Shown in pieces: positions 47,010-60,250 of a DNA stretch of 64,000 nt. The notes beneath the pieces were generated by a model. That model was given only the letters and a program-made list of their open reading frames with translations. It ran no database searches and was not told where the DNA came from. The position numbers and the translations under genes are program-made. The first letter of the stretch is position 1. Each line of letters begins with the position of its first letter. The DNA is from Ginglymostoma cirratum (taxonomy: Eukaryota), in assembly GCA_024137785.1 (NCBI GenBank), contig JAHRHZ010000004.1, forward strand, positions 19,916,966 through 19,980,965. The letters are read 5' to 3'.

Positions 47010-47300
47010 CCACCACAGGTAAGGCAGGAGTCAGATACACAGCAAAGGTTTCCCCTACACTTCCCCCATCAAGGAACAGATAAAGCAGGAGTTCGGTAGA
47101 GTACAGCCTCCTCTACACGCCTCTGACAAAGAACAGGAAACCCAGGAGTTAAAGCGTCTTCAAACGCAGGTATGTTGCCCTTATGATGTACAGACTACCT
47201 GATGGATGTTAAAAACGCTACGATACTATTTTGAAAAGAAGATGTTCTCTAATATGCCATCATTCCTCTGTCAACACAGATTAAGTGATCATTTAACAAA
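47010..47300. mobile_element. Degenerate Deu-domain (AmnSINE/SacSINE-like) SINE remnants
   Basis: tggatgttaaaaacgctacgatactattttgaaaagaag resembles the Deu core as recalled; preceded by two agatacacagcaaagg..cctacac units also seen at ~44710-44775. Confidence 0.4.
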
Positions 47301-47529
47301 ACAACCTGCCTTCACCTCATATCTTTAACATAAGAAAATGCCCTGTGGTGTGTTCATAAACAGACCATATGCAAAACAAGCTGGCCTGGAAGTGAGAGCT
47401 CAGAAGAGGTGACCAATAGCTTAGTCAAATAAATAGCTTGATATTTTGACAGATGGAAATGTGTCCCAGCTGAAAAGATTGTGATAATGATAAAAAAAAA
47501 CACTGAATGCTTTGCTACAAAAGGCTTAG

Positions 47530-48330
47530 GGCAAGGAAGAGGAGATATAGAGAAATTTGGGATTAGAGAAAAGAAATTCAAGGGGGATTAGGGAACTGGA
47601 GGAGATTGCAAAGATACAGAAGAACACTTGAGAAAGATGCATTAGTTTGGACAAGAAGTTTAAATGTAATACATAAGGAATACCTAGTGCAGCGAAGCAA
47701 GAACAGTATGGTACATGCAAAAGATTGCAGGTGGGACAGAATATCTGGATAAATTATAGATGATACCCTCTGAAGGGAACATTGTAGTAGTCAAGTCTTG
47801 AGTTGACAAAGGGTGTCAGCAGTGGAATGGCTGAGATGGGTAGTGAAGGTGAATATAAGCAATCTTGGTGATGAATAAATGCTAAATCTGAAATTCAAGC
47901 CTGGGTTGAATGGGACACATTATGAATGATCTGGTTCAGCCTGAGAGAACGGCTAGGGAAGAGAATGGCGTTGATGGCAGACACTGAAGAAGCTTCTAAC
48001 ATTGAGCTCGAGTAAGTTACTCAGTTAGTACCAGGCAGGAAATGTAACACCATAGTGATAAGTAAAGGATCGAGAGATGTGAGTAAGAAATGGAGATTAA
48101 TATCATCAATATGCCCATGAAAACTAAACCCATGCTTGCAAATGAATCTATTGAAGGACAAAACATAGATAAAGAGATGGCCAGGGACAATCCTTGAGGG
48201 TTTTGTGCAGTGACAATGCAGCAAGGACCCACTGTAATAAGTTTTTTTGGACCATGTAACAACTGAATACTGCACCTGAAACAATGACATTTGAGAAAGT
48301 TGGTAAAGTACCACATATGAATGTAAGTCT
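47530..48330 (-). mobile_element. Highly degenerate L2-type LINE RT fragment
   Basis: Frames give NPQGLSL and PGHLFIYVLSFNRFICKHGFSFHGHIDDINLH, resembling L2 GVPQGS..GPLLF.IY..PL...I.KHG..FH.YADDTQLY. Confidence 0.65.
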
Positions 48331-48539
48331 AATCCATGAAATATTTTATATAACTGATTATACACCAGTTGAAAACAGATAGCACAGTCAAAAAGTATAT
48401 TTAAACATTGGACGAGGGCAGATTCTGGCTAAACGGTAATCCAATACCATTCACAATGATAGGTTCCCAATTTAAAACAAAAGACAAGTTACTGGACCAG
48501 TGTTCATGGAGCTCTAAAAAAGCCCTCAGAAGAGAAATT

Positions 48540-48800
48540 AAGAACATAAGAAACAGGAGCAGGCATAGGCCATTTGGCCCTTCAAAGATCAAAGCTGATC
48601 TGATTATCAACTCTGTTTTTTTTACTGGCTCTCTCTCATGTAACTCCATCAAGAAATCTCTCCACCTAATCGCTGAATATACTCAATGACCCAGCCTCCA
48701 CTACTCTTTGTGAAAAATAATTCCAAATACCAACACTGAAGACGTTACTCCTTATTTGGATTGTAAATGGGAGACCCGTTATTTTCATTAAACTTATGCC
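48540..48800 (-). mobile_element. CR1-type 3' fragment
   Basis: agaacataagaaacaggagcaggcataggccatttggccc; minus frame NYFSQRVVEAGSLSIF. Confidence 0.7.
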
Positions 48801-51440
48801 AAAGAGCAGGGGTATGTTCTGAAAATATTTCAGATTTGTCAGTGCTAGTTTACTCAGAAGTTGGAATGAAAATGTCAATAATTCCCAGATGCTACATTGA
48901 ATCATATATCAAGACTTTTGGTACTGCAAAGTGAATATTTTCAGTTCTCTTCTGCATATATTTTGCTACGTCAAAATTACTGGCCAACATCTAGTAGAAT
49001 TCGTCATCCTCTCATGTAGCGGATGTTGTAAGGCCCCTTACGCTTGACAAGGCATGGATAAGGAGGTAGGTTAGTAGCAAAGTTGTTCCAAAAACAAACA
49101 CCAGTACGAGTTCAGGAGCTGGGAGATTCCGAAAGGCACAGTTAAATACATATTTATAGCTTTACACCAGTACAGATGGTACCATATGCCTTCAAGTCAT
49201 TGTGACTAGGCAATAATATTGATTCCTTTCTTTATTGACGATGACACAAATGTTGGGTTTGCCATTTATTCAGAAATCTCTAAACAACATTTATTGGTTG
49301 CTGAATATGGAATGTGCTGAGTTCCCAATTTTCACATGCTTAAAATAAAATACCAATTACTGAAGTACTTCTGTTAGTGGTTTTAAAAATCAAATACTTC
49401 CAATTGATCATTAAAAATCAAGAATCTTGAGTATTACTTTTGAATGAGATGCTAGGTCTGTATCAGGAATCAGTATGAGAATATCGTATTTCCAATCAGT
49501 TTATAAAATCTGAAAATTCAATTATCATGGGATTAATCAGAAGATGCAGGTGGGACCCGAACCTGGGTCTCATGGCTCAAAAGGACATTACGACTGTGTT
49601 ACAAGAGCCCACATACAGTGCTAATCTAGGATCTGAGCCACTGTCCAACATCAATGAGAGCTTAAGGGGTGATAACCATTTATTTCTCTTAAATACTTCC
49701 GAATCTTTGAAGAGTTGCATAAATATCTATGTTTAACTCTTTAAATTCCCATTCAAAATGTGTTATAGCTTTCTTTAAATTGTGAGGGACGGGTTGACCT
49801 GACTAGGAATTGTACCAGTAGATGGATTAACACATAAATTAATGATTTTAATCATTACCAAAAGAATGAATTCAGTCATAATTCTAAGTAACCATTGATT
49901 TTGTCGCTAATTTTTCTCTCGTCTTGAATTTCCATGGGTACATTTTCATAGGTGACAATAGCCATCTGGTATTTCACTTTAAAAGTCATTATTGCAATTG
50001 TGATCCCAGATTAATCCCTTGGTAACGTGCTCTTTGCCAACAGATTAACTCAAAAAGCTCAATTATTTTTCTCTTCTCTTCTTTACCCAACTGTCATACC
50101 TACAGTACTGAGAAGAGCTGAGTCAATGCAAATGATTGGAATCTGGGAGCTTTCAGTAGATCTGATTATCACTCTCGGCAATTTGTTTAGTTTATCAAAG
50201 GTATATTGATTTTGAGCTCTGTGATAATTACCAGTATGGTAAACCTAACCCGCAGAGAATTTTCTGTGATGTGGCACTTCCAGATTGACCCTCAAGTTGG
50301 CCCATGTTTCCAGTTAACTCAATACGATTGCTCCAAGAAGCACAAGACTCTCCTGTAAGACATCTCAAAACAAAGCAGATTCTGGAAAACAGGAAAATCT
50401 GAAACATTGATAACAGATAGTTGTGTATTAGGTATGATGTAAAATATACTCAGATGGGGAGAACATACCCCGAAAATACGTTTACCCCTTTCTGCTTCAC
50501 TTTCCTCCCCTTCCACCAGTCTCTCCTTTAAGTGCAGAACATCCCCTTTCACAGCTACACAATGTCAACTACAAGATCAATCGCAGGATAAAGCAATCTT
50601 TGGACAATTTAATTTAAGCTTATGTCATCCAGGGTTTATTTTAGTAGTGTTAACCAGCAAATCATGCCTATTAATATATAGGTAATTTATTGACTGTGGA
50701 ATCCACATACATGAGGACAGGACACTCAGCAAGAATTATTTGAAAAAATACAGTGAACATCTGACTTATTATGGAGGTGACTATATAATTTCCCTGTAGT
50801 AAATCTGCAGTAAACCTTTGCAATTTCGCTCTCTAGTGAAAAGCATTAATTGAGCTGATTTACTACTAGCCTGGACTGCATTTAACATCAATATATTATC
50901 ACACCATAATTTATTGTCAGCTACATAGTGATTCTAGATTCCAGAGACTGTACAGAGGGAACATTCCTAACCAGGAGCACAGCTTATAGATTGACCATAA
51001 ACACAGGAGTGATTTAAAATGCCCTCTGGGGGCGGGGGAAGGCTTTTGTGGAGAGCAGAGCTGTGTCTTGTACTGCTCCTGCTTCACAAGAAACCAGGAG
51101 CTAGCCTTTCTTTTAATGACTCCAGCTGTGGGCATGTGCCCCTTCACTCAGCTCCTGTGTTACAAATAAAAGGAAAGATTTCGCTAGAAAAAAATTCCTA
51201 CAGCCAAAGCAATGTCACAAGACAAATGCGAATCTTCCAATAAAAATTCATCAGGTTCAAATGAGTGTATGATAATTCAACTGACTATTTCCAGAATTCC
51301 ACCTCACTTGCTCATGCCAGCACTGACCATATTTTACGTGACTTTCCACGAGTCCATCTGTTAGTCCTTAGTTCTAAACCCTCTCTTCCCATACACAAAT
51401 GGATCAAGCTGTGCACAATAAATAGGAGTCGTTAGCTCTT

Positions 51441-51446
51441 TTTATT
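51441..51446 (-). terminator. micos10: micos10 polyadenylation signal AATAAA
   Basis: tttatt on + strand, about 140 nt after the predicted stop. Confidence 0.6.
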
Positions 51447-51587
51447 AATGACAATTTTAATGTACAACCTTGAGAAGTCAAATTAAATACAGCACAGCAA
51501 TAAGAATTTCTATTACTTGCACACAGGCAGAATTGATCCACAAGAGCACGGTACTGTACATGAAGTACTGAGGCTGAGAAAATCATC

Positions 51588-51602
51588 CTAAGGAGATTGG
51601 TC
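51588..51602 (-). CDS. micos10: MIC10 terminal exon coding part (DQSP*)
   Basis: Branch-like CTAAT, T-tract and gcag|GAC CAA TCT CCT TAG give 4 codons plus stop, like human EQEQ*. AATAAA follows about 140 nt downstream. Confidence 0.75.
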   Translation of the reverse strand, partial: DQSP

Positions 51603-52312
51603 CTGCAAAAAAAAATTTCAATTAGCAGAGAGTTTCATTTGACAGTATTAAGGAAGTGACAATATCTTATTACAAGGGCAACATAGAAATTACATTAACA
51701 GTGCTCCTCACCAAAAATAAAACTGGTATGTTTAAATAGCAGAAAGGATCGACACTAAACAGAGAAATTCACATGAGGCAACCAGCGCAGGGTGGAGAAG
51801 TCAAGGGTGAGAGGTTGAGGAAAGCGAGGAGTGAGGGTGGAGTGGGAGGAATGGAGTGGGGTGGGGGGTCAGATTGAGAGGGGTGCGAAAGAAAGAAAAC
51901 GCAGAGTAGTGGAAGACCTCCAGAGGCACAAAGCCTCTGGGCAGGGTACTAGTGATGGCAAGGGAAAAGAATCTGGAAAAAGAATTCCATAATGGAATGG
52001 ATTTACACCTTTATGACTATCAATTTTGTTTGTCTCTGCAGTGGCAACTTGCCAGGAACAAGTCAGCTTCATTTGGAAAAATTCATCATGTATAAAGCAG
52101 AAACAGAGAGGCTCAGGGAAGGTTCTCTTATAAGTATCTGAATTTGACAGGAATTTAGGTACTCTCTCCTGGCTGCATATGTTATTCCCAGTTGAATCTC
52201 AGCCATTCATGCCTGATTTAAATCAAAATACATTCATAACATATACACCATACAAGCTCAGATTTAGCTCAAATATCATATTCATACACAAAACTTCCTT
52301 TCCTACTGTGTA

Positions 52313-52951
52313 CACAGAGTCATAAAGCATGGAAACAGACTCTTTGGTCCAATTCGGCCTGCCGACCAGACATCCCAATCTGACCTTGGCCCACATCCCT
52401 CTAAACCCTTCCTTTCATATACCTATCCAGACGACTTTTAAATGTTGTAATCGCACCAGCCTCCACCACTTTGTCTGGCAGCTCATTCCATACACCACCA
52501 CCCTCATGTGAAGAAGCTACCCCTCAGACCCTTTTTAAATCTTTCCCCTCTCAATTTAAACCTATACCCTCTAGTTCTTGACTCCTCCACTCTAGGAAAA
52601 AGACCTTGGCTATTCACCCTATTCATGTCCCTTATGATTCTATAAACCTCTAAGGTCACCTCTCAGCCTCTGAAGCTCCAGGGGAAAGAGCCCCAGCCTA
52701 TTCAGTTTCTCCCTAAAACTCAAACCTTCCAGTCCCGGCAACATCATTAAGTCTTTTCTGCACCCACCCAAGTTTAACAACATCCTTCCTAAACAGGGGC
52801 AATCAGAATTGAAAGCAGTATTCTAAAAGTGACCTCACGAATGTCTTGTACAGCCGCAACATGTCCCAATTCCTATACTCAATGTTCTGACCAATGAAGG
52901 CAAGTGAAACAAATGCCTTTTTCATCACCCTGTCTACCCGTGACTCCACTT
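52313..52951 (-). mobile_element. CR1-type (HER1-like) LINE 3' fragment in micos10 intron 3
   Basis: Reverse complement of the 12132-12482 family (tggcagctcattcc...tctttcccctctcaatttaaacctataccctctagttcttgactcc). Confidence 0.88.
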
Positions 52952-54406
52952 TTACTAGCAATATAAACTGAAAGCAGATCAATTTCAGTATTTTTGGTAC
53001 ACTCTAAATTTAGTGGTTTACAATCAAGCAAAATAAAGGGTCATGCTAAATTTACAGTTTATCAAGTAGAGTTGAATTACCCTCCCTGTCCATAAAACTC
53101 CTCAATTTCAGAGGCCTCGCTGCCCTTTCCCAAGCCAAAGGGGTTGTGTGTCATATTATCGACCAAATATTTACTACAGAGGGCATCATAGTCAAGTCCA
53201 ATGTAGTCCTCATGCAATAGTGTAGTTTGAAACAGAAGATCATAAATGACAACCAACATCTAACCACCCTCGCATGGCAAAATTATAGTTTACTATAAAC
53301 CCCAGTATTCTCAACTCTAGATAAAAACACACATGATCCAAATGTTGTACTTTAAAGTGCAAACCACATTCATTAATACTGTATAATGTGGTTGGTTCTT
53401 AACTGCCATCTGAACAATTAAGGATAGGCAATAAACGCTGGCCTGGCCAGCAATGCCCACATCCTGTGAATGAATATAAAAAGATGATTTGCAAAAAAAA
53501 AAAAAAAAATTCAACTGTTCAAGTTTTTAAAAAGTCATAAACAGGCATTGAAAGAACTCATCATCTAAAAATGAACCAACTTCACTTAACCAAGTAGCAA
53601 AAAATATTAACATATATTAGAAAAACTTATAAAATTAATATTACTTCAAATTTGCTGAGTTTCTCAAGAAAGAAACTCTGGTATTGGACTACTGTATTTT
53701 CTTTAAACTTGAACTACAATGTTCTATACCGATAATAACAGGGAAACCTCACTGATAAAGGGTGTAGGTTGCAAAGAGTACGTGTTAACAACAGGTACGA
53801 ATGGGTAGGTTTGCTTCAACACTCCTCATAGCTAAATGTATTTTTCCTGTTGGACAATGAGATCAAGAAAATACAGTCACAGTATAGTGTAGATGTCTTA
53901 CTGCTACAGTTTAAGACTAGAGAGGAGCTCCGTCCCATAAATATTGTGCAAAGCTGAAATACACAGGAAACAGAGGAAACATGTGTTCAAGAAGAAACGA
54001 TGTATACTGCAAGGATCATCCTTGAGCAGAAAGAGAAGAGCTGCTCAATGTCCATGACTCAAACAGAACTGCCATAAGAGGCACAAATGTTGTAGGCAAG
54101 TTAACCAATGGAACAAGACACTCTAATGTAATGATCTCATGACATGCAATGGAAAATAGACTTGGGAGTGTGGGTCACCTTTCTCCCAATCTGGAGCTGA
54201 AGCGGAGATGTGGTGGACGAGATGGTCAGATTCCCTTTGACTATAATTTCAGCTTGCATACAGACGACAGCACAGACTCCCCTTGCAGAAACCCAACAGA
54301 AGTTTAAGGACAGGACCATTGAGAGATTGGCTAATTCTCCTGGTAGCATCTGCCCTGTGACATTGATTACAATCTCCAAAACTTAAAATACAGTACCTGT
54401 ACTCAC

Positions 54407-54516
54407 TTTGACAAATTTTCCATGCATAAGATATGGAGATTGCAAATCATTCTGGCAGTTAGCATAGGCCATTCCTATACCCATTCCTGCACCAAAACTA
54501 ATAGGCCAAACACGCC
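54407..54516 (-). CDS. micos10: MIC10 exon 3; not in the supplied ORF track
   Basis: Acceptor ttttctgtgtag|GG and donor AAA|GTGAGT. The 110 nt encode (R)[36 protein letters not shown], against human [37 protein letters not shown]. Confidence 0.95.
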
Positions 54517-55300
54517 CTACACAGAAAAAAAAACATTAGATTACACTCAATTTCCATAATTGGTATTTTTGTTTAATAGAGGAGGTGGCTATTTAGCCCA
54601 TTTGGTCTACACCGGTTATTTTGAAAAGTTAAACAGTTCATCTCACAACCTGACTCTTTCCCCACAACCCTGACATTATTTCCTTCAAGTAAGTATCTAG
54701 CTAGTGAACTTGTATCCAGCACCTTATAAGGCAGTGCATTTCAAATCCATTTACTTTCTTTCTGTTCTGAAGATACAAACGCATATGTGGGTACAGTTCC
54801 ATTGTCAAAGATTGCCTCAAGTGACCATTCTTCATTTGCATTTAGGCCATAATAGTCTACACCCGATTCAATCACGGGGAGCGGACAGTGTGGGGGTTTG
54901 GGGAGGATAGAGAAACAATAAACCCTAAAATGACATTTGCATTACCCAGTATTAACTTGCTAGCGGTGCTCAGTAGGTATAACCCCTTAGTTGCATTGAC
55001 ACATCCATCACTACCCTGACAGCAGTGAACTCACAGACCCAGGATGCATGTCTGTTTAGCACAGTGATAGTTAATGGAATTATTAGAGGAGCAAGGCTGT
55101 CAATTATTTTCATGAATGTGGCAAATCAGTTTTGCTTTTTTTCTGGGTTAGGAGTTACCTATTAAGAAACATTTTACAACAGCCTGGAAATGGTTCAAAT
55201 CTCCTGCCTGTATCTTTCCAAACTTTGATTTCAGTAATGAAACTCAAATCGTTTACTGATTCATACACACACTTGATAAACAGTGCACAATAATACTTAC

Positions 55301-55348
55301 GTTTAAAAACAACGACAGAAAATACAATTCCTAAGCCAAGGCCAACAC
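55301..55348 (-). CDS. micos10: MICOS complex subunit MIC10, exon 2
   Basis: Acceptor tttttacttttcag|GT and donor C|GTAAGT. The 48 nt encode (G)VGLGLGIVFSVVVFK(R), the GxGxGxG TM1 motif of Mic10. Phase 1/1. Confidence 0.92.
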
Positions 55349-56124
55349 CTGAAAAGTAAAAACAGAAATTTTTAAAAACTTGAGATTTAACCATCAAAAG
55401 CCACAAGCACATCAGTCTTGAAACCATTTAGATAACTGGCATCGTAGCATCTAACATTTCTGTATGTCATAGGTTGAAGAGTCACATGTCTTTTTTGTAC
55501 TTGTTTTTCATAACCTAGCAACAACCCAATCCATACTGCACTAGTCTTATAAACCTCTCCTCTCACTGGCCTCAAAAATCATCAGGGTGGGGGAGGAGGC
55601 GGTATTAAGCAAGTTTTGGCTTTTCATCGTGAAAGAGAATCTTCCTTGGGGGCAACTAACACAATTATAACTTGGAGTCAAGTTATGGTGTTCAACAAAT
55701 TGCAGGAACTACTGCAGGGGAAAAAACTTCCGCCTGCACAACTGTGAATTTCAACTTGTCTGGTACTATTAGTCATTACAGATTGATTGTATAAAGAAAC
55801 AGACAGGTACCTACTAACCCAAACTAGTAAAATGAACACACTTCAACTTGGTGCTAATTAGTTCCACGTCAGAGACTTTAAGACCAGACCTCCTCACTCC
55901 AAAAAAAGTTTACAGTTTCTTTATTTTTTTTTGAAAACATTGAAGGCTCCCTGATGGCTTCATGAGCTTATCTGGGATATAGCTGAGACTTACAAACTAG
56001 GAGGTCTCTGATTCAAGCCTCAATCTAGGCTGAATTGGTCAATCTAGGGCAATAACACCACAGAGAAAGAAACTATGGGGCAGGCTTTCCACAACCAATG
56101 GAATGATATGTACAAGATAAGCAT

Positions 56125-56372
56125 GGGAAAGAGTTAAAAGGATCCGAGGGATAACTTTTTCATACAGTGGTAGTGTGTGTATGGCACAAGCTGCCAGAGG
56201 AAGTGGAGGAGGTGGTTACAATTACTACATTTAAAAATGCACCTGGCTGGGTATATGAATAAGAAGGGTTTAAAAGGATATGGGCCAAATGCTGGCAAAT
56301 GGGCCTAGATCAGATCTGGTCAGTGTGAGCAAACTGGACTGAAGGGTCTGTTTCAGTGCTCTATGTCTCTGT
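56125..56372 (+). mobile_element. CR1-type 3' end
   Basis: gctgccagaggaagtggag...acatttaaaa...ggatatgggccaaatgctggcaaatggg...gaagggtctgtttc. Confidence 0.8.
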
Positions 56373-57160
56373 GTGAACACCAACTGATGACCCAGACCGA
56401 ATTGTGAAGTCACATGAATGACTTATATTTTGCCAAGGCACTGTACTTTGGCAAAAAGCTGGTGCTGCCAGTAGGAAGTTTGGAGAAATGTTGGCAAGTG
56501 GAAGAGGAAAAAAATCAATACCTCACATTGGTGGATGGGGCAAGAAGTGAGGAAACAAGTTTCTTAACAAATCAGTTACTATCATAAGGAATATGACCTT
56601 TAAGATGCTGTGACATTTCAAGGAATTTAAGGACTATTTAGATGAGCACTTGAAATGCCACAGCACACAAGGACAAGTGTGGAAAATTAGATTAGAATAG
56701 ATGGAAGTTTGATGACCAGCATCAACACGATGGGGTCAAAGAGGCTATTTTCATGCTGCAAAAACTCTGACTCTGTGAACTGGAAACTAAACTGCACGTA
56801 CAACAGCAATCCTACATCAGACTGTCACCACACAGTGCCATTTGAAGACTTTTCTAGCATCTTTTGAATATTAAATTTGCAGCAAAATTTTAGATCTCGA
56901 TTTGGGAGCAGGGAGCAGCATTATGCAATGTGCTGATTATACAAAACATGGCAAAATAGTAGACCGTGATAAAAATAGTTATAGATCTTGAATTATGCTA
57001 GAAATTTAAGCCAAAATTTAAAAATTCAATATTTATGTACTCAGTACTAAACAGAGGTATTCACCGTGATCTTTCAATCTTCATAGGATAGAATAGTATT
57101 GTGAGAAGACTAGTTGAGATCCCACCATTATTTTGAGTGAGAGTGAGAGNNNNNNNNNNG

Positions 57161-58650
57161 TGAGAGTATTATGGATACAATAAACTTACATTTGGAAAGG
57201 CATAAAGTTAATCAAGAACAGCCAGCATGGATTTAATTATTTATCTAATTTGTTTGAATCCTTTGACGTGATAACAGTGAAAGATCATCAAAGTAGTTTA
57301 GTAGATATAAAGCCTTTCAAAAGGTATTGGACAAAGTATAGCCTAGAAAGGTTATTGAAGACAGCAGCTTGTGGAATTAAAACTAAAGCAGCAGTGCAGA
57401 CACAAAATTTAATTAGTGATGTAAGGAAAGGCGTGCCGATGGGTTGCAATTTTTCAGACTGGAAGATGGTTCTCAGTGGTGTTACCCAAGGACTACTTTT
57501 AGATCCCTTTTTTGTGTTTTATACAAAAATGATCTCAATTTGGGAGCAGGGAGCAGCATTATGCAATGTGCAGATGACACAAAACGTAGCAAAATAGTAG
57601 ACTGTGATAAGAATGGTTATAGATTTCAAAGTAACACAGATAAGGTAGTGAAATGGGTACCAGCTTAACTGATGGAGCTCATCACAGAGAACTGATAGGC
57701 AGCGGTGTGGCATATGGTAATATCACTAGACCAGCAATTTAGAACCTCAGACTAATATTCTGGGAACAGGGGTTCAAATCCTCCATAGCAGATAACATTT
57801 AAATCCAATATATTCAGTAAAAGCCTGTAATAAAAACTAGCCAAATGGCAATCGTGTAATCACTGTCAATTGTGGTGAACCCCAACTTGTTCACTAACGT
57901 CCTTAGGGAAGGAATTCTGCCATCTTGACTTGGTCTAACTCCTGACCCACAACATGTTGACTCCTAAATGCCTTCTTGGGCAACTGGAGATGGGCAATAA
58001 ATGCTGGCCTAGTTAATGACAACCATAGTCCATAAGCAAAAGAAAGGTATTTCCGTAGACTAAAAACAGCATTATTTTGAAAAACAATACTTGATCTTGG
58101 TGTCAAAATACACAAATTCTTCAAAGGAGACAAAGCAAGATGATAATGTAGTTAAAAAGCATGTTGGTTGGTTAGATTTATAAATAGAAGAATGGAATTT
58201 AAAAACAATGAGAAAAAGGAAATTCAAAAACTACGAGTTAGGACTCGGTAGTTCTATGTACCATACCTCAGGAAAGATGTAAAGCGCATGCAGATTGCAA
58301 AGAAGGTAATATCCTGATAAAATGAGAGGTTTTGATAGTACATACAGATTAAAAAAAATTCTCTCTGATATGTGGGTCAATAACTAGAGGTCACAAATCC
58401 ATTATTATTGACAAGATGGGAAACCAGAAGAATTTTTCCCAATTCAGCAGTGCAGAATCTGAAATGCGCTACCTGAAAAAGTATTAGAACTAGATTTGAT
58501 AAATAATAAGAAGAGTGGGGCAGCTACCAGAAGAGAGGAAACTCGCACGGTTAGACAGAAAACAGCACAGTGCAACTAAATATGCTTGAGCTTTCAAAAA
58601 GCCAACAAGGGCACGATGGGCCAATCAGCTTCCTGTACTGCAAGTTTCTG
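57161..58650 (+). mobile_element. Degenerate CR1-type LINE RT, interrupted by a SINE
   Basis: cagccagcatggattt (SQHGF), DWKMVLSGVTQG and CADDTKRSKIVDC. Confidence 0.75.
57697..58045 (+). mobile_element. tRNA-derived SINE sharing its 3' tail with the CR1/L2-group LINE
   Basis: Head gtggcatatggtaatatcactagac...ggttcaaatcc; body gttcactaacgtccttagggaaggaattctgcc; tail gggcaataaatgctggcctag. Confidence 0.8.
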
Positions 58651-60167
58651 TGGCTATAAGTATTTAATTTCATTATAGGCTTCATTCACAGCTTTAAACT
58701 TAATCTGCAGCACAATCGCAGTTACAAACAAGCTGATTTAATCCTCTACTGAAAATTTTGACCATTAGATCAGTGAGAATTTGAGAACTTGTTTTGTTCC
58801 AAGCATTTTTGAACCTCAAAGCCCACTACAATTAACAATTTCCGAAAATACCATGCACAGAAATTATACCTAACTAGTACAAGTTAACCATCAACAAGAA
58901 TGTACAAAATAGGGAATGATTTTGACCTTTCACCTTCATCTCTGCTGCACACCACCTGTCTCCCAGACAGAGATGCATTAAGGTCTTTTTCTGTTGCCCT
59001 TAACCCTAGGGCTGGGGCCCATGAGGAGGGACTTTACAAAGAGGTCAAGTCTGCATTTTGGAACACATCTTTTGTCTTTTTAAAGAAAAAAAAGCCTCTG
59101 TTGGAAACTGACTTTCATTCAACTATTTAAACTGCATAATAAAATTTGTGAACTTTACAAAACTGAGCTTTGTATTAGGAATGTTTTAATAAGGAGAAAA
59201 ACAGGCATGCAGTTGGTCAATGCTGCAGTTGGCTAATTTATGCAGTGCTCACATTTCGATTGCAAAGCCATTTATATGTAGAAGTGTTGATCGTATAGAA
59301 CTGCACTTCAGTGTGTTGAACTTCAAAACTAGCTGCTTAAATAGGTTGCAAGAACAGGGCTTTAACTTTAGTGTAAATAATCCATTAAAGCATGAATGCA
59401 GTCCTAAATAAATAAAACATGGTAGACTGAAAGATTGGAAGATACAACAAAACATTAAGGGCCCTTAATATTGAGGCTGAATTAAAAACAAAGTTTTGTG
59501 TCAGTGCTATCCAGGTGACTTACAACCACATTCATTAGCTCCGAACTGTTTTATTCTAATTTCCACATAAGATTACACCTTGAGTGGACTGCCTGAGGAG
59601 ACTGATTTGATGCCTTTGCATGAAAACAGCGGATCCCAATCTGAACCTCCATAATACATGCATCACAGGTAAAAGGCCAGCAAAATAAGAAAAAAAAACT
59701 TCAAACTAATCACCAAGAACTAAGGTTGAAACATTTCTGAGGCTTTACTTATTAAGTGTACAGAAAATATATGTAATTAAATATCAAATATTTGGACTGC
59801 AGTCTTGAGTGGCACTTGGAATCTTAATTTCTGTTTCAGAAACGACCAATGAACCAAACTCCATCCCTAGCCACAAAATGATAATTCTTCAGTTCTTCTG
59901 GTAGCAGAAGGACATGGCATGCAATCAGCTGAAGGCACTGTTAACTATAGTGAGCAAGAAATGGTCAATTTGATTGAAAAAGTGAAACCTTCAAAAGAGG
60001 CTGTTTACAACAGAGCTGAAATCACGCATAAAATGGTGTCAAAAATCTATTCAGTTAAAAATGGACATTCATTTACAGTATAATCATGCCTTTCATTATC
60101 TCAGGTTGTCCAAAAACACTTTACAGCCAAAGTAATTACCAAGTCTGGCCATGGCTGTAAGGAGAAG

Positions 60168-60250
60168 GCTGGTTAGCTCAGTTGGCTGGATGGTCTGTTT
60201 GCAAAGTAACACCAACAGTGTGGCTTCAATTCCCGCACCGAGCTAAGGAT
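60168..60250 (+). mobile_element. tRNA-derived SINE head (related copy at ~26560-26712, minus)
   Basis: ggttagctcagttggctggatgg...ggcttcaattcccgcacc; A and B boxes but no complete cloverleaf. Confidence 0.55.

Noticed and set aside
53460-53570. Intronic C/D snoRNA (ATGATGA on minus)
   Set aside because: No D box or terminal stem at a suitable distance; the region is a SINE tail plus poly-A.
60168-60250. tRNA gene (also 4709-4775 and 8006-8080)
   Set aside because: A and B boxes are present, but acceptor and anticodon stems do not form; these are SINE heads.
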